Shown: positions 17,766 to 26,555, numbered from the stretch's first letter. The stretch: 64,000 nucleotides of DNA from Candidatus Thorarchaeota archaeon (GCA_046482545.1 JAWOEX010000039.1:32001-96000); one strand, 5' to 3'. Numbers and translations are program-made. The notes: a model not told the origin generated them from the sequence alone.

Positions 17766-19103
17766 CTACACGACCTCCTTAAGACTTAGCCCTTTTGGAC
17801 GATAGGGACTTGCTACCACTAGCATGAGTCCAGGAATGACAAGGAGAATCAGTGTAAGAGGGAACGGAAAACGGTCGGAAAACATTGCGACAATACCAAC
17901 GCTCAGAGATGCAAAACTGAAAAGAATAAACCGTGAAGCCGCACCTCCAGAACCTGCTCGTCTTAATTTGTATGCAACCACAAAGAAACCGATAATACCT
18001 GCGGCTATGAGAAATGACAATGGTATGTAAAGCGGAGAAAGCTGATATCGGCCGTCGGATACAAATGGATGGCCGAGAGCAAGCAACGCAGTCCCACCAA
18101 AAATTAAACCGTCAATAATCAGATTTGTTATTCGTTCACTGTATAGCAGGGAGATAGAAGAAAGAGTAAACGAAATCACCGCAACCACTCCGATAATCCA
18201 GTCAACATATAGGAGATTGAGATCCCATGCCCCTTGTTCAACCGCAATAGACCAGGCATTCGAATGAGTTATCGCCAGCAGTGCAACAGAAATGAGAGTA
18301 AACGAGACATATAGCGGGGTTCTTGTGCCTGTATCGACCGCCTGCTTGATGAAATAGTTCAATGGAAAGACACATGCAAGACCCGCGAATACTGCACAAA
18401 TAACGTAAGGCCATATGAAGATATCACCAGCAATAATCGCAGGTATGATAAGAGCAATCGCTGTCACAATTCCCAACAAAGTGAGAAACACTGTGACAAT
18501 AAGACGCCAGGGCTTTAGAATCGTTCCTAGGACGGCTGCAGTAAGAAGAAGAGGTGCAGACTCCATCATGAAATATTCCGGATAAGCAGGAACATCGCCC
18601 AAGTTTGCAGACAATAAGGTCCCCACAAAGATGATAATCAAGACAACTATAGAGCCGGTGAACGGTGATGGACTTTCCTTCAGAAGATATATGCCAAGTG
18701 CGGCAGCCGAAACTAGCAAAGAGCCAAGACCCGCAATGAGAGCGATAGGAGTCAGTTCTCTTTGTGTGCGAAGCAAAGTCTCTACAATCACTGTGAATGC
18801 AACAAGAAATGCTGCACTCACTCCAATCCTGAGGGTTGTTAAGGATTCAGCGTACAAGTATAGCTCTGAAGTGATCAGCGAACTGAGGAATGCTGTGAGC
18901 CACACGGGAACTAACGCAGGATAGACTATTGCTTGTATAGGGACTAAACCTAAGAAGACTCCACTTATTCCGAAAGCTACTAACGATCTTTTCGTGTTCT
19001 GGGTAAGCGTATGATAAATAGAACGCAGCCGATTTCCAAAAACTATAACTGAAGCAATAAGGACTGCAAAGGAAACAGCCCCACTAAGATACAATGTCAG
19101 CAT
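17766..19103 (-). CDS. Polytopic membrane protein (about 15 TM), paralog A (start refined to ATG 19103)
   Basis: Start at 19103 removes the overlap with the upstream gene, has an AGGCGGTG SD and gives 445 aa versus 444 aa for the paralog. Confidence 0.85.
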   Translation of the reverse strand: MLTLYLSGAVSFAVLIASVIVFGNRLRSIYHTLTQNTKRSLVAFGISGVFLGLVPIQAIVYPALVPVWLTAFLSSLITSELYLYAESLTTLRIGVSAAFLVAFTVIVETLLRTQRELTPIALIAGLGSLLVSAAALGIYLLKESPSPFTGSIVVLIIIFVGTLLSANLGDVPAYPEYFMMESAPLLLTAAVLGTILKPWRLIVTVFLTLLGIVTAIALIIPAIIAGDIFIWPYVICAVFAGLACVFPLNYFIKQAVDTGTRTPLYVSFTLISVALLAITHSNAWSIAVEQGAWDLNLLYVDWIIGVVAVISFTLSSISLLYSERITNLIIDGLIFGGTALLALGHPFVSDGRYQLSPLYIPLSFLIAAGIIGFFVVAYKLRRAGSGGAASRFILFSFASLSVGIVAMFSDRFPFPLTLILLVIPGLMLVVASPYRPKGLSLKEVV

Positions 19104-19128
19104 GAAATCCAAATCAAACACCGCCTTC

Positions 19129-19503
19129 CTAGCGCCACAAATCTCCGATTTCTTTTCCTCTCTTTTGAACAACCCGTTCAATGCTATCTTCAATATCATT
19201 GACTGAAACCGAATCACTTGACATGACGGCTTTTAGTGCATCTTCAGTCTCCCGTTCTGTATCGCCCTCACAGATGATTACATAATCATCAATTTGACAA
19301 TACCCAACTACTCCCCCTTCAGACTTCATGAACATCGGTGCGGACGGATTGGAGGAATTGTTCCTTTCGAGTGCATGAGATACAAGTTGGATTATCCCTG
19401 TCAGCTTCGCTATCCGTTCTTCGTCCGGATCTGTGGCAGGATGAACAACTTCAAAATCCATCTGATCCAAATCTACCCGAGCCATCAATCGTAGGACCAT
19501 CAT
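19129..19503 (-). CDS. Longin-like domain protein
   Basis: 124 aa with beta-beta-alpha-beta-beta-beta-alpha-alpha pattern; GTPase-operon context. Confidence 0.6.
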   Translation of the reverse strand: MMVLRLMARVDLDQMDFEVVHPATDPDEERIAKLTGIIQLVSHALERNNSSNPSAPMFMKSEGGVVGYCQIDDYVIICEGDTERETEDALKAVMSSDSVSVNDIEDSIERVVQKRGKEIGDLWR

Positions 19504-19790
19504 TTAGTTCCCCCAAAAGTTTTCTTAACCCATTCAATTTCAGATGGTTTTTCTTGTCCGGTTGTCTTGGATGTACCGGATCTCACTGGAACCATAACGT
19601 CCCGGACACCTAGTTTGCCACCGTTCATGTAAAGAGTTACAAGAAGCTCATGCCCTTCAGAGCAGTTGACAATCATAGTAGGCGATCTCCCCTCCTCTGT
19701 TATCCGCTTCTTGACATCCTCAGCTTCGGCTTCTTCCATTTCTACTGTAGCAGGTTTTTTACACTCGGGACATTGGAAAACGATATGCAG
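19500..19790 (-). CDS. Zinc-ribbon protein (CPEC...CSEGH), probably with a non-canonical start (CTG 19790)
   Basis: Frame upstream of the tracked ATG 19739 is open and encodes HIVFQCPECKK; GAGGAG SD upstream; ATGA overlap with the longin gene. Confidence 0.6.
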   Translation of the reverse strand: MHIVFQCPECKKPATVEMEEAEAEDVKKRITEEGRSPTMIVNCSEGHELLVTLYMNGGKLGVRDVMVPVRSGTSKTTGQEKPSEIEWVKKTFGGTK

Positions 19791-19890
19791 GTCGGTTACA
19801 CTCCTCTTATCCTGTTGAGAGGAGAGGGAGCAGGCAGGCTTGATTAAGCTTATGTGGCTGGATGCATGTTTACAGAGCTAGGTACTTCAT

Positions 19891-20901
19891 ATGTCCTCAG
19901 GTATTTTCGATACAATAGTAATTGGCGGTGGTCCAGCTGGATGTTCGGCAGGATTGCATCTAGCATATCACGACAGATCAGTGCTCATCCTAGACCGGGG
20001 CACATCACCCATGCATTTCCATACTAACAGCATCATGAATTTTGCTTCTGAGGGGACCTACCATGAAGGAAGGTCCTTGCTCAGAAAGCTACAGGGGGTT
20101 GCTACCTCAGCCGGTGCGGAGTACAAGGCAGGAAATGTAGTTGAAGTCTCCGGAGAGTATCCGAACTTCACAGTTAGGACAAAACCCAGCTACAGAACCC
20201 GTAATGAGAATGAATATCATTCAAAAACCCTGATTTTTGCAACTGGTACTGCCCGCAAGCATCCCAAAGTTGATGGAAGATGGAAAAAGTGGCTGCCTGT
20301 CGCCAACGTAGGAAACGCCGCTTTCTATTGTCCTGATTGTGAAGCTCCTTTGTGCAAAGATAAGGATGTACTTGTAGTAAATACAGGAACCACAGGAAGC
20401 GCGTTACATGTGGCACATGCAATAACGAGGTTTACTGACAAAGTCAGGATACTGATGACAGAGGACGCCTATATGCCATTCGAGGAGCAGGATTTGTCCA
20501 AACTGGATGATAGCCCGTTTGAGTGGACGCATGGAAAAATCAAAGAGATGGACTTCCCCCTTCCCGGCAATGTTCAGCGGATAGTTCTTGAGAGTGGTGA
20601 GACACTCCGCTCAGAGGTCTTCTTCGTAGCTCACGTGGCAGAGCCAAGATCAGAGCTTGCAGTTGAGCTTGGTGTGGAAGTTGGTGAGAACGGAAATATC
20701 CTGACAGATAAACGGGGAAAAACAAACATGGAAGGCGTTTGGGCTGCGGGTGATGTACGGCCGATTACTCAGCAAGTATCCATGGCAACGGGCACAGGAA
20801 ACTATGCAGCTTTGATGATTAACCAATTTCTAGGGAATGAATTCGAGAAAGAAGAGCAATTCGATCATCCAGATTGCAGAGAAATTGTTCATCTCTACTA
20901 G
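19891..20901 (+). CDS. TrxB-like FAD-dependent disulfide oxidoreductase
   Basis: IGGGPAG, FATG, YCPDC, WAAGDV. Confidence 0.85.
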   Translation: MSSGIFDTIVIGGGPAGCSAGLHLAYHDRSVLILDRGTSPMHFHTNSIMNFASEGTYHEGRSLLRKLQGVATSAGAEYKAGNVVEVSGEYPNFTVRTKPSYRTRNENEYHSKTLIFATGTARKHPKVDGRWKKWLPVANVGNAAFYCPDCEAPLCKDKDVLVVNTGTTGSALHVAHAITRFTDKVRILMTEDAYMPFEEQDLSKLDDSPFEWTHGKIKEMDFPLPGNVQRIVLESGETLRSEVFFVAHVAEPRSELAVELGVEVGENGNILTDKRGKTNMEGVWAAGDVRPITQQVSMATGTGNYAALMINQFLGNEFEKEEQFDHPDCREIVHLY

Positions 20902-20918
20902 GCCAAGGAGACTAAGAA

Positions 20919-22229
20919 ATGCCAGATGGTGAAGACAGACCTAATGTCGTAATCTTCACCAGTCATGATTCAGGAACGCAATTCGGTTGCTATGGAGCCC
21001 CTGTAGAAACCCCCGAAGTTGATGAGGTAGCAAAGGAAGGAGTGGTGTTCACAAACAACTTCTGTACAGCTCCACAATGCACCCCGTCACGGGGTAGCAT
21101 CATGACTGGAAAATATCCTCATAGTAATGGTCTGATGGGTCTGGTCAACTACGGCTGGAAGCTCCCACCCAAAAACACGACTTTGCCTGATATCTTCAAG
21201 AAAGCGGGTTATTCAACTCATCTCATAGGGCTGCAGCATGAGACAAATGACCCGTGTAAACTTGGATATGAAGAAGTGAGTAATCGCACAGATTTTCCGT
21301 ATCTGGCCCAAACTGTGGTCCCTAAGGCTGAAGATTTCTTCGAAGAAATGAGAGATGCGAAAAAACCATTCATGGCTTCAGTAGGTGTTTTTGAAACCCA
21401 CAGACCGTTTCCCCACTTCGAGAAGGATGATGGCCTTGCTAATCTCCCATCATTCCTCCTTTCTCACCCAAGAATGAAGAGGGATTTCACCAGATTCAAG
21501 AAATCTTTGAGGGCACTTGATGAAGCAGTTGGTGACGTGTGGAAATCTATTGAAGAGAATGACTTGAAGAATGATACGCTGTTCATATTTACTGTTGATC
21601 ATGGCATTGCATTCCCACGAGCAAAATGCACGTTGTATGACCCAGGCATCAGAACAGCTCTCATCATGGTTTGGCCTGAAAAGCTTCGAGCTGGGCGTAG
21701 AATTGAACAGATGGTATCCAACGTTGACATCCTTCCAACTCTTTGTGAGCTTCTCGATGTGCCAAGGCCTGAAGAAGTCGAGGGGAAGAGCTACACATCG
21801 TTGGTTCTTGACCAGGAATCTGCAGGACGTGAGTTCATCCACGCCGAGCTGACATACCACGACATTGGCTATAATCCAATGCGGGGCATCCGCAGCAAAC
21901 GGTACAAGTACATCAAGAATCTTGAGGAACTTCCGTTTCTATTTGAAATGCCCGATGATATCCGCACCTCAGATTCTGGAGAAGCTTTCCTTGAAGCTTT
22001 TGGGAAAGACAAGTACAACCAACCTCGTCCGGAAGAAGAGCTCTATGATCTTGCCGAAGATCCTCTCGAAAGAAATAATCTTGCAGATAATCCTGAATAC
22101 GCAGAGACCAAACAACGGCTCAAAAAGGAAACTCTCGATTGGATGAAGCGAACTGGTGATCCTGTTCTTGACGGAAAAATAGAAGCAGACGAAAATAAGC
22201 AAGCTTCTCTGTTCTACGAGGTTATCTAG
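20919..22229 (+). CDS. Cys-type (formylglycine) sulfatase
   Basis: CTPSRGSIMTG signature, TVDHG, ELYDLAEDPLE. Confidence 0.95.
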   Translation: MPDGEDRPNVVIFTSHDSGTQFGCYGAPVETPEVDEVAKEGVVFTNNFCTAPQCTPSRGSIMTGKYPHSNGLMGLVNYGWKLPPKNTTLPDIFKKAGYSTHLIGLQHETNDPCKLGYEEVSNRTDFPYLAQTVVPKAEDFFEEMRDAKKPFMASVGVFETHRPFPHFEKDDGLANLPSFLLSHPRMKRDFTRFKKSLRALDEAVGDVWKSIEENDLKNDTLFIFTVDHGIAFPRAKCTLYDPGIRTALIMVWPEKLRAGRRIEQMVSNVDILPTLCELLDVPRPEEVEGKSYTSLVLDQESAGREFIHAELTYHDIGYNPMRGIRSKRYKYIKNLEELPFLFEMPDDIRTSDSGEAFLEAFGKDKYNQPRPEEELYDLAEDPLERNNLADNPEYAETKQRLKKETLDWMKRTGDPVLDGKIEADENKQASLFYEVI

Positions 22230-22241
22230 GGAGTCAGAAAA

Positions 22242-23324
22242 TTGTGGCCTTTTCAATTACTGGTTAAACCAGTGTCTGGAAGCTGCAATCTCAGGTGTGA
22301 TTACTGTTTCTATCTTGATGTCCCTAACCGCTGCTATCCCGATGCAAAGGAAACTGTGATGTCAGATCATATCCTTCGCAAATTGGTACGAAGTTACTTG
22401 AAATTAGGTTTCAGCACTAGCGTATTCTCCTGGCAAGGCGGCGAACCAACGCTTGCTGGACTTGATTTCTTCAAAAAAGCAGTAAGACTTGAGACTGAGT
22501 TTGGAAACAAGGGTCAGAGAATCGGTAATGCGTTACAGACCAATGGCACTAGAATTGATCGGGGGTGGGCGGAGTTCTTGGCGAAGTACAGATTTCTCGT
22601 AGGACTGAGTATTGATGGTCCAAAAGACATTCATGATTCAGCAAGAGGCGAAGGTTCATGGAGTAAAGCAATAGATTGCGCCGATTTGCTCAGGCAATAC
22701 GGAATAAAATTCAATATTCTCACGGTTGTGCATCAGGGCAATGTAACAAAAGCTCGCGAAATCTATCAATTTCATAGGCAACAGGATTTCAAGAATCTTC
22801 AATTCATTCCAGCAGTCGATGTCAATTCCGAGACCGGGAAACTGAAGAAGCATTCGATTAAATCAAAAGATTATGGGAAATTCCTCTGCAACCTATTTGA
22901 CCAGTGGATGGAATCCGGGGACAAGAATAGTGTAAGTATCCGCCTGTTCGATGCGATATTTGAGAATCTAGCCTCTACCAAGGCAAGTTCACTATGTACA
23001 GTATCAGAGCAATGTGGTAGGTATCTTGTTGTTGAGCACAACGGCGATATCTACTCCTGCGATTTTTTCGTCTATCCCGAGCACCTGCTTGGTAATCTAA
23101 ATGACACTACATGGAAAGAATTGTTTGAGCGGAGAAGCAATTTTGAGGAGCAAAAAGTTGCTTCAGAAAAAGCATGTGGGACTTGTCCCTGGTGGGATCT
23201 GTGTCACGGTGGCTGTCCCAAGAATAGACTCAGCAGCAATCGTACGCACCTTTGTCAAGGCTATAGAATGTTCTTTTCACATATCCAAAATTGGTTTGAA
23301 ACTATAGGACATTCCCTCGATTAA
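22242..23324 (+). CDS. Anaerobic sulfatase maturase (radical SAM/SPASM)
   Basis: CNLRCDYC, WQGGEP, SPASM cysteines (YSCDFF, CGTC, CHGGCP); adjacent to the sulfatase. Confidence 0.95.
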   Translation: MWPFQLLVKPVSGSCNLRCDYCFYLDVPNRCYPDAKETVMSDHILRKLVRSYLKLGFSTSVFSWQGGEPTLAGLDFFKKAVRLETEFGNKGQRIGNALQTNGTRIDRGWAEFLAKYRFLVGLSIDGPKDIHDSARGEGSWSKAIDCADLLRQYGIKFNILTVVHQGNVTKAREIYQFHRQQDFKNLQFIPAVDVNSETGKLKKHSIKSKDYGKFLCNLFDQWMESGDKNSVSIRLFDAIFENLASTKASSLCTVSEQCGRYLVVEHNGDIYSCDFFVYPEHLLGNLNDTTWKELFERRSNFEEQKVASEKACGTCPWWDLCHGGCPKNRLSSNRTHLCQGYRMFFSHIQNWFETIGHSLD

Positions 23325-23394
23325 CTTTCAAATCATTGGTACAAAACGATTGATTTATTAAGTTGGATTCACTTAACGATAGTGAATTAACCAT

Positions 23395-23886
23395 ATGAGG
23401 TGGAAAGGTTTGTCGAACCAACAAAAACTAACAACAATACTCGAAAGCCAGATTGAGGTAGAAAAACACGCACTGGAAGAGCTCTCAGAATATGAGGGTG
23501 GGGCCAAACAAGCGGTTGTGCGTTTGGTATTCCTGTTCATGCGCCTCGATACATGGAAACACCAGAAGTTCCTAGAGGGTGTCTTGGAAATGCTCGACGA
23601 AACTCCGTGCGACCAATGGAGCGCAAAGGCTGACCGCTATACTGAGCGCATCCAGCTTGATAGACGCCTCCAGTCTTTATTGGAACAAGAGAAACAAATG
23701 ACAGAATATCTGAAAGGCGCAATTGAAGAAATGGATAATCCGGTAGGCAAGAAGCTGCTGACTCATCTCCGGGAAGATGAGAAGAGGCATCAGAAGGATA
23801 TCAAGGATCTTGTGACCCTTGTAAAGCAGTATCCACTGCAGCCAAAGAAGGCCGAGAAAGGCAGTGATATCACCTGTGAAGAATAG
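23395..23886 (+). CDS. Ferritin-like protein
   Basis: DTWKH and DEKRH ligand motifs. Confidence 0.75.
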   Translation: MRWKGLSNQQKLTTILESQIEVEKHALEELSEYEGGAKQAVVRLVFLFMRLDTWKHQKFLEGVLEMLDETPCDQWSAKADRYTERIQLDRRLQSLLEQEKQMTEYLKGAIEEMDNPVGKKLLTHLREDEKRHQKDIKDLVTLVKQYPLQPKKAEKGSDITCEE

Positions 23887-23901
23887 TACCTCTAATGGAG
23901 T

Positions 23902-24393
23902 GTGACTAATGTGTCAAATCTAGAAGATGTGCAGGAGGGATGCCCCACCTGCACCAACTACATCAAATCAATGAATCCACGATATAGAGGAATGTACAAT
24001 AGAACACGAGAAAGATATCAACTTGATACAGAAGCAGTTGAGAAGCTAAAGGAGTATGCTGACGCCTATACTCTTGTCGTTCTATTCGCGGATTGGTGCG
24101 GCGACGCAAGGAAAGCCGTACCGGTCCTTTCTCTCCTTGAGGACGAAATAGGGCTGGAAATCAAGGCTCTTGGGGGGATGGAGAAACCAAAGAGGCGATC
24201 TGACAAGCACTGGGCAGTTCCTCCAAGTCCGGAAGAAGTTGAAATCCTTGATATTACCAGCAGTCCCACCATAATCATTTTCGATGAAAGGGGCGAAGAA
24301 GTTGATAGAATCAGAACAAGACCTCGAATCACTCCTACGATTGAAGAAGAAATCCTTACCATCATTGAACGTGACCGCGGATTAAACAAGTAA
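23902..24393 (+). CDS. Thioredoxin-fold protein (WCGDA, monothiol)
   Basis: ADWCGDA, PPSPEE, cis-Pro loop SPTII. Confidence 0.8.
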   Translation: MTNVSNLEDVQEGCPTCTNYIKSMNPRYRGMYNRTRERYQLDTEAVEKLKEYADAYTLVVLFADWCGDARKAVPVLSLLEDEIGLEIKALGGMEKPKRRSDKHWAVPPSPEEVEILDITSSPTIIIFDERGEEVDRIRTRPRITPTIEEEILTIIERDRGLNK

Positions 24394-24482
24394 CATCCAT
24401 TGGATATCAAACCTTCTGAGCAGCTGTGCCATTATTGCTTTGGAGATACTAGAGCTTTCACAGAAGACGGTCAACGGATGAT

Positions 24483-25358
24483 TTAGAAATCAGGTTTCAT
24501 CGAATTTAGAATGATTCTGGGCCCCTCCAAACACAGAGCCACAGGCATGTGAAGAGTATCAAAATCTATTCCAATTTCCCCAGTTGAATCAACTATGATA
24601 AGACCGGCCTGACCAGCAGTTTTTTCTCTCAGGATACATACTGACTTATCAGCCGCATCAGCAGGTGACATTCCGTTTTCCACATATGAGACTGCCATTC
24701 TCGCCATGCACAAACGCAGAATCTGTTCCCCCTTCCCGGTACAAGCAACTCCTGCAGCCTCGTTTGCATAAACACCGCTTCCAATTATTGGTGTATCACC
24801 CACTCTGCCGGGTAACATGCCGGGCCAACCGCTCGTCGAAGATCCTACGGCTATTCTCCCATGCTTGTCAACAGCTATACACCCGACGGTGTCGCAGGGC
24901 TCTGCTAGTGGCGGTAGCTTGGATTCTCCGGCTGTCTCTTCCCCTCTATAGCCGTCGGTTATCATCTTGCCATAGAGCTTTTTCGCTCCCTCACCAGCTA
25001 CTTGAGTGACAGGGGTCCGATCCAGAACATATCTCGCCAAGGATATAGGGTGCAGGACATCACTTACAGCCATAACAGCTCCACTCTCAAGACGATGTCC
25101 GTCCATGATTATTGCATCCAACTCAACGACACCTTCACTGTTCTTACAACCACCTTTTCCTGCGGTGAAAAGATCTGTTTCTTCCAAAAGCCATATGGCT
25201 GATTCAATAGCATCAATTGGCGACCCGCCTGAGTCAAGAACACACATGCCCCGTTCTGCTGCTTTGGAAACTGCCTCAAGCACAGCACTGTGTGACTTCT
25301 TCTTGAAAGTGGTAGCTCCGCCATGGACAAGTACAACGGGAAGGCTCAGTTCAGACAC
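24483..25358 (-). CDS. Isoaspartyl peptidase / plant-type L-asparaginase (Ntn hydrolase)
   Basis: VHGGA, ELDAIIMDG, DTVG nucleophile, GRVGDTP, CTGKGE. Confidence 0.93.
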   Translation of the reverse strand: MSELSLPVVLVHGGATTFKKKSHSAVLEAVSKAAERGMCVLDSGGSPIDAIESAIWLLEETDLFTAGKGGCKNSEGVVELDAIIMDGHRLESGAVMAVSDVLHPISLARYVLDRTPVTQVAGEGAKKLYGKMITDGYRGEETAGESKLPPLAEPCDTVGCIAVDKHGRIAVGSSTSGWPGMLPGRVGDTPIIGSGVYANEAAGVACTGKGEQILRLCMARMAVSYVENGMSPADAADKSVCILREKTAGQAGLIIVDSTGEIGIDFDTLHMPVALCLEGPRIILNSMKPDF

Positions 25359-25420
25359 CGAGACTTCTGTGTCTCCGTTAGTTCAAAAATCTATGCGAAA
25401 TTAGCACGTCACCATCTGTA

Positions 25421-25528
25421 ATGATGAAGCCGCGGAGAATCTGAGGGATGTGATCCTTGCGAAGGGGGCCTCATATTTGCCGCAGCGGACTTGTCAGGAT
25501 GATGATTTCCTGAACAGCGATATTCTGA
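25421..25528 (+). ncRNA. Candidate extended box C/D sRNA
   Basis: ATGATGA 25421, CTGA 25441, ATGATGA 25499, CTGA 25525 in C-D'-C'-D order; intergenic. Confidence 0.5.
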
Positions 25529-25546
25529 TGAAGCGAAATGTGGAGT

Positions 25547-26332
25547 TCAGAGTTTTTCCAGTCGTGCGTGGATAACAGAGCCGCAATATCTGCACTCGGC
25601 CTCTAGAGGTCCGGTCCAGCTGATATTATCCTTGTTTAGCGAAGCCCCACAGGAAGGGCATTTCAGAGGCAATCGTACAGTTCGGATATCTGAGGTTTTT
25701 GGTTCTGACCGGTATTTCTCAGGTAAGGCGCGATCTGGTGCTTGTAGTTTGAAGACCTCTTCCAGACTCGGTGTTAACCTTTTCATTTGATAGGCAAAGA
25801 GGCCTATGATTACAAGTGCTATAATTGCAGCAGCGATTGGAATTATTAGGATATTTGAAAAAGGCATATCAATTTCTGTCGGAACCATAGGCCCACCATT
25901 TGTTGTCATTGTTGGGTCTCCGGTGTGTTGCTCGTCGTAAACTCCTATCTCGTAATAGCCCGAATTTCCACCTATTTCTTCCAGCTGGATGTATACTAAC
26001 TCTGCCATATCAAGGGTGAATTCAACAGATACGTTTTCATCGCCAGCACCTTCTCCTTCGGCAATAACATCACTCATAGTGCTATTGAATGAAACCTGAA
26101 TCCGAAACTGCATATCCCAAAATGAATCACATGACGCAATGACAGTCCAATTTCCGGCTTCCAGGTTGGATGAATACAAATTTTTTCCATTCCCAGTGAT
26201 GTACTGATTGCTGGTGGGATCATTTGGTATCAGATTATCCGCTGCCTGTGCATTTGCAGTGGCGATTGAGACTAGAAGTATGAAGCCAATCAACAAGTGA
26301 AGGAAACGTTTGTAACCCATTGTATCCCACAA
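25547..26332 (-). CDS. Single-pass membrane protein with extracellular domain and cytoplasmic zinc ribbon
   Basis: Signal peptide, TM helix, CPSC...WTGP...CRYC. Confidence 0.8.
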   Translation of the reverse strand: MWDTMGYKRFLHLLIGFILLVSIATANAQAADNLIPNDPTSNQYITGNGKNLYSSNLEAGNWTVIASCDSFWDMQFRIQVSFNSTMSDVIAEGEGAGDENVSVEFTLDMAELVYIQLEEIGGNSGYYEIGVYDEQHTGDPTMTTNGGPMVPTEIDMPFSNILIIPIAAAIIALVIIGLFAYQMKRLTPSLEEVFKLQAPDRALPEKYRSEPKTSDIRTVRLPLKCPSCGASLNKDNISWTGPLEAECRYCGSVIHARLEKL

Positions 26333-26555
26333 TCTGCTCTAATTACATTGTCTTCTTTGTAAATAAGGGCTTCTAGTGAAGTCAGACTAAGTTGATTTCT
26401 TTTGGACAGCACTTTTGCATGGTTGCAGGAATAATCAGGAAACTCTCAATGGATTGACGCCTGATATTTCGGCTTTCAGAACCCTTTAATTATCCCAAAG
26501 AAAACTATGAGAGTAGCAAAAGCACGCAGAATTGTTCTAATCACTCTATCATAAG

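Noticed and set aside
19104-19217. N-terminal extension of the 483-aa ORF
   Set aside because: Overlaps the longin gene; ATG 19103 matches the paralog length
22242-23324. Radical SAM as GRE activase or as RiPP maturase for the micropeptide
   Set aside because: Motifs and adjacency to a sulfatase identify it as anSME
25525-25538. CTGATGA-AGC-GAAA hammerhead-like core
   Set aside because: No stem II, and no stems I/III with an NUH site; better explained as part of the C/D motifs
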